Shown piece after piece: positions 17,394 to 28,905 of a stretch of DNA of 64,000 nucleotides. Made by a program: the position numbers and the translations under genes. How positions within the stretch are numbered: the first letter of the stretch is position 1; each line of letters opens with the position of its first letter. This DNA comes from a virus. Location of the stretch: positions 1 through 64,000 of the IMG/VR virus record IMGVR_UViG_3300014050_000012; one strand, written 5' to 3'. A model generated the notes under the pieces. The model saw only the letters and a program-made list of their open reading frames with translations, was not told where the DNA came from and made no database searches.

Positions 17394-19130
17394 ATGCCAA
17401 TTAATAATTTAATTCAATTTAGAAGAGGATCAACAACCCAATGGAATAATGCCTCTGGTATTTTAGGACAAGGCATATTATATAATGGTGAATTAGGCTA
17501 CGATACTACAACAAAAAGATTTAAGATAGGCGATGGTTCAACACATTGGGCCAGTGGATTACCATTCACAGCCATAGTACCAAGTGGTTTTTTAAGTAAT
17601 AGTGGTGTTGGATTAATATTAGGAGCAGATGGCTCAACACTTACTATTGGAGTAACAGGAATAGCCGTCTCTCAAGTTAATAATTTTAATCAAGCAGTAT
17701 TGGATCTTGTATCAAGTGCTTCTGTTGACACAGAAGGTGTTCAAGATATTGTTGGTAGTGGAGACCATATAACTACTGGATTTTTACGTAATTGTACTGG
17801 TATAGCTTGGACATATGATGATAATGCTGGAACTTTAAAAGCCTGTGTTACTGGCATACCATCAACTTTGATCACAGATTTTGCAGATGCGGTTTCTGAT
17901 CAAGTAGACACAACTCTTAGTGCTGGTACTGGTATTGTTTTAAGTTATGATAGTAATAGTAATATATTAACTGTTCATACTACAGGATATGCTTACTCCA
18001 ATCATACTCATTTATGGAGTAATATAACAGATGCATCTACCAGAGCCACACTAAATGAGTTGACATATTTATCTGGAGTTATTGCTGGAACAGGATCAGC
18101 TGGTAGGGCCGTAGTATTAGATAGTAGTAAAGATATAACTGGTTTACGAAACTTAACTACTGATGGAAATGTTACCGTTGGAGGTAATCTGGTTGTTCAG
18201 GGTACTACTACTACCGTTAATAGTACAACTGTTGATATTGGAGATAATATCGTACAAGTTAATGTTTCTGGAACAGAAAGTTTAGGCGGATTACAAGTTC
18301 TTGATCATGATAATAGTAAACTTCATCAAATAGTTTGGGATATTAATGATAGTAGATGGGAATTTATTAGTAATTCTGGTTCGTCTCCCAATGTTTATAC
18401 TAGCGGAAACATTACAGCCAATACTATCACATCCACAGTGCCTAATGGTACTGCGCCACTATCAGTATCGTCTTCAACTTTAGTTAATAATTTAAATGCT
18501 GATTTGTTAGATGGTCAGCATGGTAGTTATTATAGAAATTTTGTTAATCTAAGTGGTTTACCAAGTCCAGTAATTACCGGTACATTAACAGGAGATGTTA
18601 CTGGTACTAGCAGTGTTACTCTTACAGAACTTGGTAATGGTATCTTAACCATTAATACAACCATAGCAAATAATAGTGTTGCTCTTGGTACAGATACGAC
18701 TGGTCAATATGCTAGTACAATTACTGTGGTCGGAACAGGATTATCAGCAACATCACCTGGTGTTGATGATGGTACTGCATATACAATTACTAGTAATGCT
18801 ACTCATGCTAATGCTACTGGTACTATCGTGGCGAGAGATGCTAATGGAGATTTTTATGCTGGTACTATATATGCTACATTTAATGGAAATGGTTCTAATG
18901 TTACTAATTTAAATGCTAGTAATATTAATACTGGTACTATTGGAGTAGCTTATTTACCAACTAATATTCCAGTAACAAATTTAGCTAGTAGTGGCGTAAC
19001 GCTAGGTTCCACAACAGTAAATCTTGGTCAAACTAGCACAGTTATTGATGGATTAACAAGAATTAGTGGCGTTAGTGCTCTTAATCCAACTTATATATAC
19101 TATGCTGTAATTGATGGTGGTTCTCCATAA
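17394..19130 (+). CDS. fibre protein with Mtd-N/hyaluronidase-like N-terminal domain
   Basis: IQFRRG....W...GELGYDTTTKRFKIGDG; LNADLLDGQH motif; S/T/G-rich. Confidence 0.7.
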   Translation: MPINNLIQFRRGSTTQWNNASGILGQGILYNGELGYDTTTKRFKIGDGSTHWASGLPFTAIVPSGFLSNSGVGLILGADGSTLTIGVTGIAVSQVNNFNQAVLDLVSSASVDTEGVQDIVGSGDHITTGFLRNCTGIAWTYDDNAGTLKACVTGIPSTLITDFADAVSDQVDTTLSAGTGIVLSYDSNSNILTVHTTGYAYSNHTHLWSNITDASTRATLNELTYLSGVIAGTGSAGRAVVLDSSKDITGLRNLTTDGNVTVGGNLVVQGTTTTVNSTTVDIGDNIVQVNVSGTESLGGLQVLDHDNSKLHQIVWDINDSRWEFISNSGSSPNVYTSGNITANTITSTVPNGTAPLSVSSSTLVNNLNADLLDGQHGSYYRNFVNLSGLPSPVITGTLTGDVTGTSSVTLTELGNGILTINTTIANNSVALGTDTTGQYASTITVVGTGLSATSPGVDDGTAYTITSNATHANATGTIVARDANGDFYAGTIYATFNGNGSNVTNLNASNINTGTIGVAYLPTNIPVTNLASSGVTLGSTTVNLGQTSTVIDGLTRISGVSALNPTYIYYAVIDGGSP

Positions 19131-19163
19131 TTTATAATACTGGTAGGTTTTTGAGGATATTTT

Positions 19164-21560
19164 ATGCCAGTAAATGATATTATTTTACTTAGAAAAGGCT
19201 CCAGTACGGAATGGAGTACTACTAATCCAGTATTAGGTAGTGGTGAACCAGGATTTGATACAACTAATAATCTTTTAAAGATGGGAAATGGAATATCCAA
19301 TTGGGCATCATTATCTGGGGTAAATATTGGGAATTCTGTTTTTAATAGTGCCGTAAGTGGTCTTTTACCTGTTAAGGATATTATCTCTGGATCTGGAATT
19401 TCCATAGGAGCAACTAGTGGAATTTATACTATAACCGCAGAAGGTGTCGCAGCATCTAGCGCATCATCTCTTGTGACTCGATGTTCTAATCGCACAGGAT
19501 CTACTATTCCAAAAATGACAGCGGTTTATATTAATGGTGGTCATGGAAATTTACCAACCATAACTCCGGCACAAGCTAATAATGAAGCTGGTTCTAGTAA
19601 AACATATGGAATAACACAAACTCAAATATCGGATAATAATACTGGTAATGTTGTTGTGTTCGGAGCTTTGATTGATGTTGATACTAATCAATTTGGCGCT
19701 AACGAGGGTGATGTATTATATCTTAGTCCAACAACTGCTGGAACAATAACGGCAACAAAACCAAGCGCCCCAAATCACATGGTCAGTGTTGGTAAAATAG
19801 TAAGAAATCATAATAATCAAGGTATTATTGAGGTTGTTATTCAAAACGGTTTTGAATTACAAGAATTACATAATGTTGCTATTGATGGAGTAACTAATGG
19901 ACAATTTTTACAATATAACTCTGCTAGTGGATTGTGGTTAGCTAGTAGTAGTGGTAATTTTACATCACTAAGTGTTAATGGAACTGATGTTAGCGTTAAT
20001 GGACACACACATACTAGTAGCGATATAACCAATTTTAACTCATCTGTTAGTGGTTTGGTCAACGGTATATATGCTCCATTAACAGGAACATTAAATCAAT
20101 TTGCAAATACCACATCATCTCAATTAAGCTCAATAATATCTGATGAGACAGGATCGGGATTATTAGTATTTAATAATAGTCCAACTTTTACAGGAGTTCC
20201 ATTAGCTCCAACAGCAACTAGCGGCACCAATACTAATCAAATAGCTAGTACCTCATTTGTAAGAACAGAAATTAGCAATCTTGTAAATTCTGCTCCATCA
20301 ACACTAGATACTTTAAATGAGCTTGCGGCGGCACTAGGAAATGATGCTAATTTTAGCACAACAATCACAAATACTTTAGCTGGTAAAGCAAATCTTAGTG
20401 GAGCAACTTTTACAGGAACTATAAGTGCTCCTAGTGGTAACTTTACCCAGAGTCTACAAGTTAATGGTACAGGAGTGAGTTTGAATGGACATACTCATAC
20501 GGTTTCACAAATTACAGATTTCAATAGTGGCATTAGCGGTTTATTGCCAGTTAAAAATATAGTGTCTGGAACAGGAATTTTCTTATCATCAAGCGATGGT
20601 ATTTTTACTATTCATGCTACCGGTACTACTGGCGGATCTAATTTAAATACAGAAGATGTAATGGATATTATTGGTACGGGTATTATTGGAGGTACAGGAA
20701 TAAGCGTTAGCTATGATGATACTAATGGCAGTGTTAGCGTTAATCTATACTCATCCTCAATAACTGGCTATGAAATACTATCAACAACAAAAAATACCTT
20801 TAGTGTTAGTCCAAATTATTTAGTTGGTAATTTATCAGTATATTATAATGGATTTAAATTATTATATGGCGAAGATTATACTGCGACCGATGGATCAACC
20901 TTTGTATTATCTAGTCCGGGTAATTCTGGAGATGTTGTAGAATGGGCAGGACTAGGAGGTCCGGCACAATATTCCACAATAAATCATTCTCATGGTAATA
21001 TAACCAATAGTGGTACAATAGGATCAACCAGCGGACTAGTTTTAGTAACAAAATCTAGCGGATCCATAGATGTCGGATCTGGTTTGTATTATGATATTAA
21101 TAAATTAGGAATTGGTACTAATAGTTTAAGTGGAGTTTTATCATTAAGTAATGGTTATTTTAATAATGATGGTGATTCTAAGCAGACTTTATTAACTTTG
21201 CGTAATAGCACATCTAATGCTTCTACAACAACATTATATACTGACGGATCCTCTAGTAAACTAGTTTTACCAGTTAGCGGAGTTTGGAACTTTAATATTA
21301 ATTTGACCTGTTTGAGTATATCCAACAGTGGTGCTGCTGGATGGAATTTTAAAGGGTGTATTAAAAGAAATAGTAGCACTACAGCTCTAGTTGGATCAAT
21401 TATAGAAGAAAACTTTATTGATAGTAGTCTGAACGGAGTAGCGGCAACCGTTGTGGCTAACACCGGCACATCTAGTTTGGATATCAATGTTAATGGATTG
21501 GTTAGCAATAATATTCGTTGGACAGCAGCGGTTAATTTAGTTCAAACTTATTATGGTTAA
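19164..21560 (+). CDS. fibre protein with Mtd-N-like N-terminus
   Basis: LLRKG...W...NPVL.SGEPGFDT...LKMGNG; APSTLDTLNELAAALGND motif; HTH-type fibre repeats. Confidence 0.75.
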   Translation: MPVNDIILLRKGSSTEWSTTNPVLGSGEPGFDTTNNLLKMGNGISNWASLSGVNIGNSVFNSAVSGLLPVKDIISGSGISIGATSGIYTITAEGVAASSASSLVTRCSNRTGSTIPKMTAVYINGGHGNLPTITPAQANNEAGSSKTYGITQTQISDNNTGNVVVFGALIDVDTNQFGANEGDVLYLSPTTAGTITATKPSAPNHMVSVGKIVRNHNNQGIIEVVIQNGFELQELHNVAIDGVTNGQFLQYNSASGLWLASSSGNFTSLSVNGTDVSVNGHTHTSSDITNFNSSVSGLVNGIYAPLTGTLNQFANTTSSQLSSIISDETGSGLLVFNNSPTFTGVPLAPTATSGTNTNQIASTSFVRTEISNLVNSAPSTLDTLNELAAALGNDANFSTTITNTLAGKANLSGATFTGTISAPSGNFTQSLQVNGTGVSLNGHTHTVSQITDFNSGISGLLPVKNIVSGTGIFLSSSDGIFTIHATGTTGGSNLNTEDVMDIIGTGIIGGTGISVSYDDTNGSVSVNLYSSSITGYEILSTTKNTFSVSPNYLVGNLSVYYNGFKLLYGEDYTATDGSTFVLSSPGNSGDVVEWAGLGGPAQYSTINHSHGNITNSGTIGSTSGLVLVTKSSGSIDVGSGLYYDINKLGIGTNSLSGVLSLSNGYFNNDGDSKQTLLTLRNSTSNASTTTLYTDGSSSKLVLPVSGVWNFNINLTCLSISNSGAAGWNFKGCIKRNSSTTALVGSIIEENFIDSSLNGVAATVVANTGTSSLDINVNGLVSNNIRWTAAVNLVQTYYG

Positions 21561-21565
21561 TTATT

Positions 21566-24553
21566 ATGAGTATTAATTTTAACAATCATGATATTACGAC
21601 TAGTGGAAATTTTACTGCAAATAGTGGTAATTTTAATAGCTTAAGTGTTAATAATACACCAGTTAGTATTGTTGGTCATTCTCATACCTCTAGTCATATT
21701 ACTAATTTTAACTCTTCTGTTAGTGGTTTAGTTAGTGGAATATTTGCTCCATTATCTGGTTCTCTTAATCAATTTGCTACCACCTCCTCATCTCAATTAG
21801 CAAGTGTTATTAGCGATGAAACAGGATCAGGATCTCTTGTTTTTTCTAATAGTCCAACCCTAACCGGTATTCCATTAGTTCCAACAGCATTAAGTGGAAC
21901 AAATACTAATCAAATTGCTAGCACAAGTTTTGTACGAACCGAAATTAGCAATCTTGTAAACTCTGCACCAAGCGCTCTTGATACATTAAATGAACTAGCT
22001 GTTGCTTTGGGTAATGATGCTAATTTTAGTACTACAGTAACCAATAGCTTAGCCAATAAAGCTAATCTTAGTGGATCCTCTTTTACAGGTTCAATATCAG
22101 CACCAAGTGGTAATTTTACTCAAAGTTTACAAGTTAATAATACTGGAGTAAGCTTAAGTGGTCATACGCATACTAGTAGTTATATTACAAATTTTAATAG
22201 TAGCGTTAGTGGATTACTTCCAACTATAGCTAATAGTGGAAATAATAGAGTTCTTACTAGTACAGGAAGCACTGTTGGAATTAATGCTGAAAGTAATTTA
22301 ACTTTTGATGGTGAGACATTAGTTATTGGAGAGTATACTGATGACATTGGCGGAAAAATTGTGCTATATAATGGTACTTCTAGCGATGGATTGCCATCTA
22401 TTACTTTTATAGACAATAATGGATATGATACTTTCAAAATATATATGGATGATTCGAACAATAAAAGTTATATAAACACTAATTATGATCACGATTTAAT
22501 TATTAGCGGATCTAACAATAATTCTATTACATTAGATGCTTTTAGTGGAAAAATTGATATTGTTTCTAGTGGAGTTACTATTAGTTCTAGTGGAACAAAT
22601 GTTCCACTCACTATTACTAATGATGGTACTGGTAATAGTTTTGTTGTTAATGATGTTACTGGTGATACGACACCGTTTGTTATTGATAGTTCTGGAAATG
22701 TTGGAATAGGAACAACCACCCCAACGTTTGTAAATAATACTTACTCTGGATTACATATACACGCAGCAACCGCTACTTCATTAAAACTAACAAATACTAC
22801 TACGGGACAAACATCTACGGATGGGTTTGAGTTATTACAGGATTCTGCTGGTAATGCTTATATATGGAATCGAGAAAGTACTAATATATCTATCGGTACT
22901 TCTGGAACGTCGCGTATTATAATAACTAGTGCTGGAAATGTTGGAATAGGAACAATTAGCCCTCAAGCTAGACTACACGTATCTAGTACAAATGATGGAG
23001 TACAAGCAATATTTACTGGAGCGCAAACAGCAAATACACAATCTATATTATTTAGAAGTGCTTATCATACTAATAATGGAACAGCAGGTTTTGCTAATAT
23101 AGGATGGATAGACAATGCATCTCAAGGGGGACATTTAACATTTGGCACAACAACTAGTAATAGTGGCACTACTGGTACTCCAACAGAAAGAATGAGAATA
23201 ACTAGTGCTGGAGACATTGGAATAGGAACAAGTTCAGTCAGTAGTGGATTTAAAGTTGATATTAGAGGTCGTATATTATCCTATACAACAGCTAGTGATG
23301 GACTGATAACAACCCAAGGTTTACAAACAACAAGTGGTGGTACTGGCAAAGCTGCTATTCAAATTGATGTTAATGGAAAAGGTGGCTTTGCATGGCAAAA
23401 CGATGCTTCAAGTGGCACAAGATCTCTAAAATTAATAGAAAATAATGGTTATGGAGCTAGTGAAAGCACATTATGGACAGTACAAAGTGGCGGTAATACT
23501 GGACTCGGAGCATCTCCCTCTAATGATTATAAATTAGTTATTGGTGGTGGAACAAGAACAGATTCATATACTACAAATCCATCTTTAGTAGCTATAAAAG
23601 ATTTTACCAATACCAATACTGGAGATAATCTATCAAGCGCCACATATAGTTATGCTACAACTAATGGTAATTATGCTGTTAGAAATGTAGCTATAAATAC
23701 ATATTTTAAGATTAATTCTGGAATAACAAATAGTGGTAGTAGTATTGGTATAGCTAATAATAATCTACGTAATTATGCATTAACCAATGATATTGGCACA
23801 TTAACTTCATTATATGGTATATATAATCAATATGGTCATTATAATACTTCTGCTGTTTCGCCAGTAACTACAACGGCAATTGGAATACAACATATACTAT
23901 GGAGAGCCGCTGGAACAATAACAAATGCTTTTGATATTTATTGTAGCGATGCTAGTTCTGGCGCTACAGTTACTAACAGATGGGGTATATATGTAGAACA
24001 TACTGGTAAAAATTATTTTGGTGGTAATACTGGCATTGGTGTATCGCCAACATATCGTTTTGAGGTAAGAGGATCTGGAGCTACTAGTTCAACAGTTTCT
24101 TTTTATGTTTCGAACAGTAGTGGCACAGCTCTTTTATATACAAGAGATGACGGAGCCATAAATACTGGAACAGCATCAGTTTCTCCATATAATAATCTAA
24201 CATCTACTGCTGCTAATGTGGTAGTTGGTAGTGATGGATTTTTATATAGATCAACATCATCACTAAGATATAAAACCAACATAAATGATGCCACTCATGG
24301 ACTAAATGAAGTTTTACAATTAAGAAGTGTAACATTTAAAAGCCATAACGATGGAGACAAAATATTTGGTGGTTTAATTGCCGAAGAAGTAGATGAAATA
24401 GGATTAACAGAATTTGTACAATATGATAATCAAAATAGGCCAGATGCTATACATTATAGCAATATGGTTTCACTTTTGATTAAAGCTATACAAGAACAAC
24501 AAATTATGATCAATAACTTAAAAGACCGTTTATCCATTCTAGAGGGAAATTAA
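21566..24553 (+). CDS. tail fibre/spike with C-terminal intramolecular chaperone (peptidase S74-like)
   Basis: GNVGIGT repeats; C-terminal SSLRYKTNI...GLIAEEV...LLIKAIQEQQ. Confidence 0.85.
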   Translation: MSINFNNHDITTSGNFTANSGNFNSLSVNNTPVSIVGHSHTSSHITNFNSSVSGLVSGIFAPLSGSLNQFATTSSSQLASVISDETGSGSLVFSNSPTLTGIPLVPTALSGTNTNQIASTSFVRTEISNLVNSAPSALDTLNELAVALGNDANFSTTVTNSLANKANLSGSSFTGSISAPSGNFTQSLQVNNTGVSLSGHTHTSSYITNFNSSVSGLLPTIANSGNNRVLTSTGSTVGINAESNLTFDGETLVIGEYTDDIGGKIVLYNGTSSDGLPSITFIDNNGYDTFKIYMDDSNNKSYINTNYDHDLIISGSNNNSITLDAFSGKIDIVSSGVTISSSGTNVPLTITNDGTGNSFVVNDVTGDTTPFVIDSSGNVGIGTTTPTFVNNTYSGLHIHAATATSLKLTNTTTGQTSTDGFELLQDSAGNAYIWNRESTNISIGTSGTSRIIITSAGNVGIGTISPQARLHVSSTNDGVQAIFTGAQTANTQSILFRSAYHTNNGTAGFANIGWIDNASQGGHLTFGTTTSNSGTTGTPTERMRITSAGDIGIGTSSVSSGFKVDIRGRILSYTTASDGLITTQGLQTTSGGTGKAAIQIDVNGKGGFAWQNDASSGTRSLKLIENNGYGASESTLWTVQSGGNTGLGASPSNDYKLVIGGGTRTDSYTTNPSLVAIKDFTNTNTGDNLSSATYSYATTNGNYAVRNVAINTYFKINSGITNSGSSIGIANNNLRNYALTNDIGTLTSLYGIYNQYGHYNTSAVSPVTTTAIGIQHILWRAAGTITNAFDIYCSDASSGATVTNRWGIYVEHTGKNYFGGNTGIGVSPTYRFEVRGSGATSSTVSFYVSNSSGTALLYTRDDGAINTGTASVSPYNNLTSTAANVVVGSDGFLYRSTSSLRYKTNINDATHGLNEVLQLRSVTFKSHNDGDKIFGGLIAEEVDEIGLTEFVQYDNQNRPDAIHYSNMVSLLIKAIQEQQIMINNLKDRLSILEGN

Positions 24554-24554
24554 T

Positions 24555-24878
24555 ATGTTACCAGTTTTAAGTCCAGCAATAGTATCCACAGTTCCAGCAA
24601 AAACATATGATAAATTATGGGTTGAAGAAATAATTATTAGTGCGGGAACTTTGGGCGGTGAGGCTACCGCTAGAGTTCGTTTGAAAAAATTTGGAGTATT
24701 TGATGGTGTGGCAGAATATATGCCCGGCGATAATGGAACTTGGTTAGTTATTGATAATTTATTAAGTAAAAGTGAACAAGATAGTGACCTTGCAAATATA
24801 GTGCAATCATTACTATTATATATAGGAAAAGCCGGGGCAGAACAGGGTGTTATTGCTCCAATTAACAGTCCAGAATAA
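24555..24878 (+). CDS. hypothetical protein (possible fibre chaperone)
   Basis: ORF directly after fibre gene. Confidence 0.5.
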   Translation: MLPVLSPAIVSTVPAKTYDKLWVEEIIISAGTLGGEATARVRLKKFGVFDGVAEYMPGDNGTWLVIDNLLSKSEQDSDLANIVQSLLLYIGKAGAEQGVIAPINSPE

Positions 24879-24889
24879 GGGGAAAAATC

Positions 24890-25060
24890 ATGGAATTAAA
24901 TCAAGGCGATATTCAGAATCTAATGGTGGTTATTGATCTTGCTACTCAAAGGGGCGTTTTTAAGGCCAGTGATTTGGTAGCGATTGGTCAACTTTATGAA
25001 AAACTAAGTGGTATTAATAAGAATTTAACAGAACAGAATAAAGATAAAACTACTAGTTAA
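24890..25060 (+). CDS. 56-aa hypothetical protein (MELNQGDIQNLMVVIDLATQRGVF...)
   Basis: manual translation; AAGGGG RBS; fills the intergenic gap. Confidence 0.7.
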   Translation: MELNQGDIQNLMVVIDLATQRGVFKASDLVAIGQLYEKLSGINKNLTEQNKDKTTS

Positions 25061-25068
25061 GGATATCT

Positions 25069-28000
25069 ATGGTTAAAATATTAAATTATGCACAAAATAT
25101 TACCAGAAGCAGTAATGATAATCTATTAATAAACGGCAATTTTGACGTTTGGCAAAGAGGATCTCCATTTTTTGCTGGTGGATTTACCGCAGACAGATGG
25201 TATATGATTAGTAATGGTGGCAATCAAGCTTCACGGTTAGCTGGTAATATTGGGTTGGACAACGCATCTAATTGTATAAGACTAAAAACACTATCTTCAG
25301 GATCGTATCCGGTTTTGAGTCAAGCTATTGATAGTGATACTACACTAGATATTAGGGGCAAAACTCTAACATTTAGTTTTTATGCTAAAAAACCTTCTGA
25401 TAGCAATTGGAGTGGTCCGGTATATGGTAACGTATATTATAGTCCTAATTTTGATAACATAAGCAATGGTAAAATAGAGATTATAGATGCTAAATTTAGT
25501 GGTTCTTTAACTTCCGCCGATACTTGGACACTGTTTAAAAATTCTTTTAGTGTTCCGACCAATGCTTCTACATTATTGGTAGAAATATATCCTAGTGGTG
25601 GATTAGCTAATAATTCTATTATTGATATAGGTAGAGCTAAATTGGAAATTGGTAATGTTGTGAGTAATTTTAAGCCTATTACGTATAATGAAGAATTAAC
25701 TAAATGCAAAAGATTTTACCAAAAAGTTGATGCTACTCTAAAAGCTGGCACCGGAGCTGGTAAAAGTAGTAGAAAATTTGGAATCAACATACCGTTACCT
25801 GTACCACCACGATCATCTAATCCAAAAATTAGTATATCTCAAAATAATAATATTTTAATAGATAGTTTTAGTGCAAGTATTACCGAAAACTCTTATCTTA
25901 ATCTTGTTGCTGATACCAAAAATCTATATTCTGAACTAAATTTACAACTAATTATTGATGATGAAATTCTTTATGGTAAAGAACCAGGAGTTATTAATAG
26001 CGCTAGTATTATAAGAGGTAGTGGTAAAGTTGATATCGATTGGAATGCCCCAACTAATAGTGATACAACAATAAGCTATGCTATACTATATGGTAATACT
26101 CCGAATAATATTATTAATATAGCTACTTTTAGTGATTCATCAGGATCAATAACGGGCTTAAGTGATAGTAGTCCATATTACTTTAAATTATATAGTGTTA
26201 ATTCCTATGGCCAATCACCACTATCTAATATTTTTGAGGTTGCTCCGGCTTATAATGTTCCTTCTGGATTAACATCATTAATAGGAGTTTGGGGATTTGA
26301 CACAACCTATCTATCTTGGGATGGACCAAATAATAATGGAGGATCACCAGTAACAGGATATCGAATAGATCGATCAATGTATAGTAATTTTCCTGATGTT
26401 GAGGATGTTCCAAACTATAATTCTACTTTTTATGTTTCTGGTTCATTAAGAAACTTTAATATTAGCAAGTTTAATCCCGAATTAACAACTACTGGTAATT
26501 ATTATTTTAGAGTAGCAGCAATGAATTTGGCCGGTACTGGCACTCCATCATCTTTCACACTAAGAAAAACAACACCGTCCGCTCCCACAGGATTATCATC
26601 TCTTGTTGGTAATGCTTCTGTTACTCTTAATTATTTACCACCCAGTGGTAATGGTGGATTAATAATAGATCATGTTAGTGTTGAAAAAAGCTCATCAAGT
26701 TCTTTCGCCTCAACAACCGGCTCTTTGCATGTGGCAAATTATCAGCCAATTACTCTGAGTGGCTTAACAAATAGTGTTAATTACTATTTTAGAATGAGAG
26801 CATATAATGCTTCTGGATATGGACCATATTCATCAACAATATTAGCTATGCCAAACAAGCCCGTTACTGTTCCTAATGCTCCTCAAACTATTAGTGCTTC
26901 ATGGGTAGATGACGATACTGTTCAAGTATTAATGTCGGCCCCAACAGATGACGGCGGAACCCCTATAATAAATTATACCGTATATTCATCATCCGGATCA
27001 GCATTTGCTACAAATTTAACAACTAGTATAACACAAAACAGCATTCCTAATATAAGTTTTGATGTACCAATAACTGGTAATTATAATACTTTTTATTTTA
27101 GAGCTAAAGCTAATAATAGTGTTGGCTCTAGTACGTATAGTCCTACTGGTTCGTTAGCTAAACAAAGTCCAAATGCTCCAACATTAACCAATATTTTACC
27201 AGGAGACGCATCTGCTACGCTATTATATTCTCAACCCATATCAAGAGGATCAGCAATAACCGGTTATCTTATTGATTATAGCACAAGTAGTAATTTCTCT
27301 TCTAGTACCACTACAACATCAACAACTCTTAGTAAAGTTATTACAGGATTAACTAATAATACTCTTTACTATAGTAGAGTAAGAGCAGCTAATATTATTG
27401 GTACTGGTAGTTATTCTAACATAATCAGTTTTATACCAGTAAGTCCTTATTCTGCACCCACAGCCCCGACTAATCTTACGGTTGGAGAATTAAATTACGG
27501 TTCTGTCTCAAACCCTTTACCTATAAATACTTCAAGTTTTTATGGTTATACACTATATGCTGGATGGATATATTCGGTAATAATAAATAATTCTTATCAA
27601 ACTGCTAATTTTAATTATGGAAACACAGCATTTACTGGACAAGTTTATGGATCTAATCCATATATGAGTTTTTCTGATTTTAGACGAGCAGCTGTTCATG
27701 CTGGAGTATTTTCATCATTATCTTCTACTGGAATATTGTATATTTATGGTGGTATCATTAATGACTTTTTGGTTGGTTCTACTAAAAATAATATATCTTC
27801 ATTAAATTCATTATCAACAATATCTCTACAACAAACATTTAATATTATTGGAGCATCAACTAATACTGGATGTTATTATACTAAAGGAAATGTTGCTGGA
27901 GTTACTACTAATACTCATTCTCCAATATTAAACTGGTCTGGACCGTCTAATAATGGAGGATTACCTATTACGGGTTATGAAATTCAATATGCTGCCAACA

Positions 28001-28905
28001 GTTCATTCTCTAGTCAATTAACAACATTATCTGTTCCTGGTAAACTTAATTATCATACTCAATGTATATCTCATAGTGGAGTAGATTTATATGCTAGAAT
28101 AAGAGCATATAATGCTACTGGCGTATCTCCATGGTCAGATACTGCCTTTATACTAGGCAAAGGTTTAGGCGCTCCACAACCACCAACTTCTGTAACAGCA
28201 GCAGCAATTGGAACAACAGGGATATTTTTATCTTGGTCAGCTCCTAGCAATCCTATTGGCAGTGGTTTTGATAGTCCATCGAATATTACTTATCGTTTAC
28301 AATATTGGAACCAGACTACTCCAACAGTTCAAACGGCAATTAATTATAGTGGAGTAACATCAGCAGCAGTTCCTATTAATGGACCAGGTACATATACACT
28401 ACAATTACAAACAAAAAATAGTATTTATTTTAGTAATAGTAATAATACTGTATTAATTGTTACGGCAAACACTTCTACTCCAACAACTTGGACTTTATCT
28501 ACTAGTACTCCTTGTTGTGGTACCGCTACTCCTGATATTTTAGTATCTAAATTAAGAGATAATCTTAATGAAAATGGTAGTACTTTTAGCAGTTGTGCTG
28601 GACCTAGTGGTCTTGCTTTTATAACTGCTGATTTTGGAGGAGTTAAAAAAGTAACAAATATTTCTATTCGTCCACATTATTTCTATGGACCATACTATTT
28701 AAATCATACCTTATTAGAAGGTAGTGTGGATGGTATTAATTGGACTACTATTTGGAATTTTGGAAACTACACAGGTTCTGCATCTATTTTTACTGATAAT
28801 ACAACCACACAAACCACAAGCGGTGGCTGGATGAATTTTAGATATATTAGATTAAAATCTGGTAATGTAGGATGTATAGATTTATCGGAATTTAAATTCT
28901 CATGA
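25069..28905 (+). CDS. multi-FN3 virion adhesin with N-terminal CBM-like, internal LCCL-like and C-terminal discoidin (F5/8)-like domains
   Basis: NLLINGNFDVWQRG; repeated W..P..NGG.P+TGY and YYFRV.A.N..G; VYGS.PY...SD...AAVHAG; LEGSVDGINWT...FRYIRL. Confidence 0.8.
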   Translation: MVKILNYAQNITRSSNDNLLINGNFDVWQRGSPFFAGGFTADRWYMISNGGNQASRLAGNIGLDNASNCIRLKTLSSGSYPVLSQAIDSDTTLDIRGKTLTFSFYAKKPSDSNWSGPVYGNVYYSPNFDNISNGKIEIIDAKFSGSLTSADTWTLFKNSFSVPTNASTLLVEIYPSGGLANNSIIDIGRAKLEIGNVVSNFKPITYNEELTKCKRFYQKVDATLKAGTGAGKSSRKFGINIPLPVPPRSSNPKISISQNNNILIDSFSASITENSYLNLVADTKNLYSELNLQLIIDDEILYGKEPGVINSASIIRGSGKVDIDWNAPTNSDTTISYAILYGNTPNNIINIATFSDSSGSITGLSDSSPYYFKLYSVNSYGQSPLSNIFEVAPAYNVPSGLTSLIGVWGFDTTYLSWDGPNNNGGSPVTGYRIDRSMYSNFPDVEDVPNYNSTFYVSGSLRNFNISKFNPELTTTGNYYFRVAAMNLAGTGTPSSFTLRKTTPSAPTGLSSLVGNASVTLNYLPPSGNGGLIIDHVSVEKSSSSSFASTTGSLHVANYQPITLSGLTNSVNYYFRMRAYNASGYGPYSSTILAMPNKPVTVPNAPQTISASWVDDDTVQVLMSAPTDDGGTPIINYTVYSSSGSAFATNLTTSITQNSIPNISFDVPITGNYNTFYFRAKANNSVGSSTYSPTGSLAKQSPNAPTLTNILPGDASATLLYSQPISRGSAITGYLIDYSTSSNFSSSTTTTSTTLSKVITGLTNNTLYYSRVRAANIIGTGSYSNIISFIPVSPYSAPTAPTNLTVGELNYGSVSNPLPINTSSFYGYTLYAGWIYSVIINNSYQTANFNYGNTAFTGQVYGSNPYMSFSDFRRAAVHAGVFSSLSSTGILYIYGGIINDFLVGSTKNNISSLNSLSTISLQQTFNIIGASTNTGCYYTKGNVAGVTTNTHSPILNWSGPSNNGGLPITGYEIQYAANSSFSSQLTTLSVPGKLNYHTQCISHSGVDLYARIRAYNATGVSPWSDTAFILGKGLGAPQPPTSVTAAAIGTTGIFLSWSAPSNPIGSGFDSPSNITYRLQYWNQTTPTVQTAINYSGVTSAAVPINGPGTYTLQLQTKNSIYFSNSNNTVLIVTANTSTPTTWTLSTSTPCCGTATPDILVSKLRDNLNENGSTFSSCAGPSGLAFITADFGGVKKVTNISIRPHYFYGPYYLNHTLLEGSVDGINWTTIWNFGNYTGSASIFTDNTTTQTTSGGWMNFRYIRLKSGNVGCIDLSEFKFS

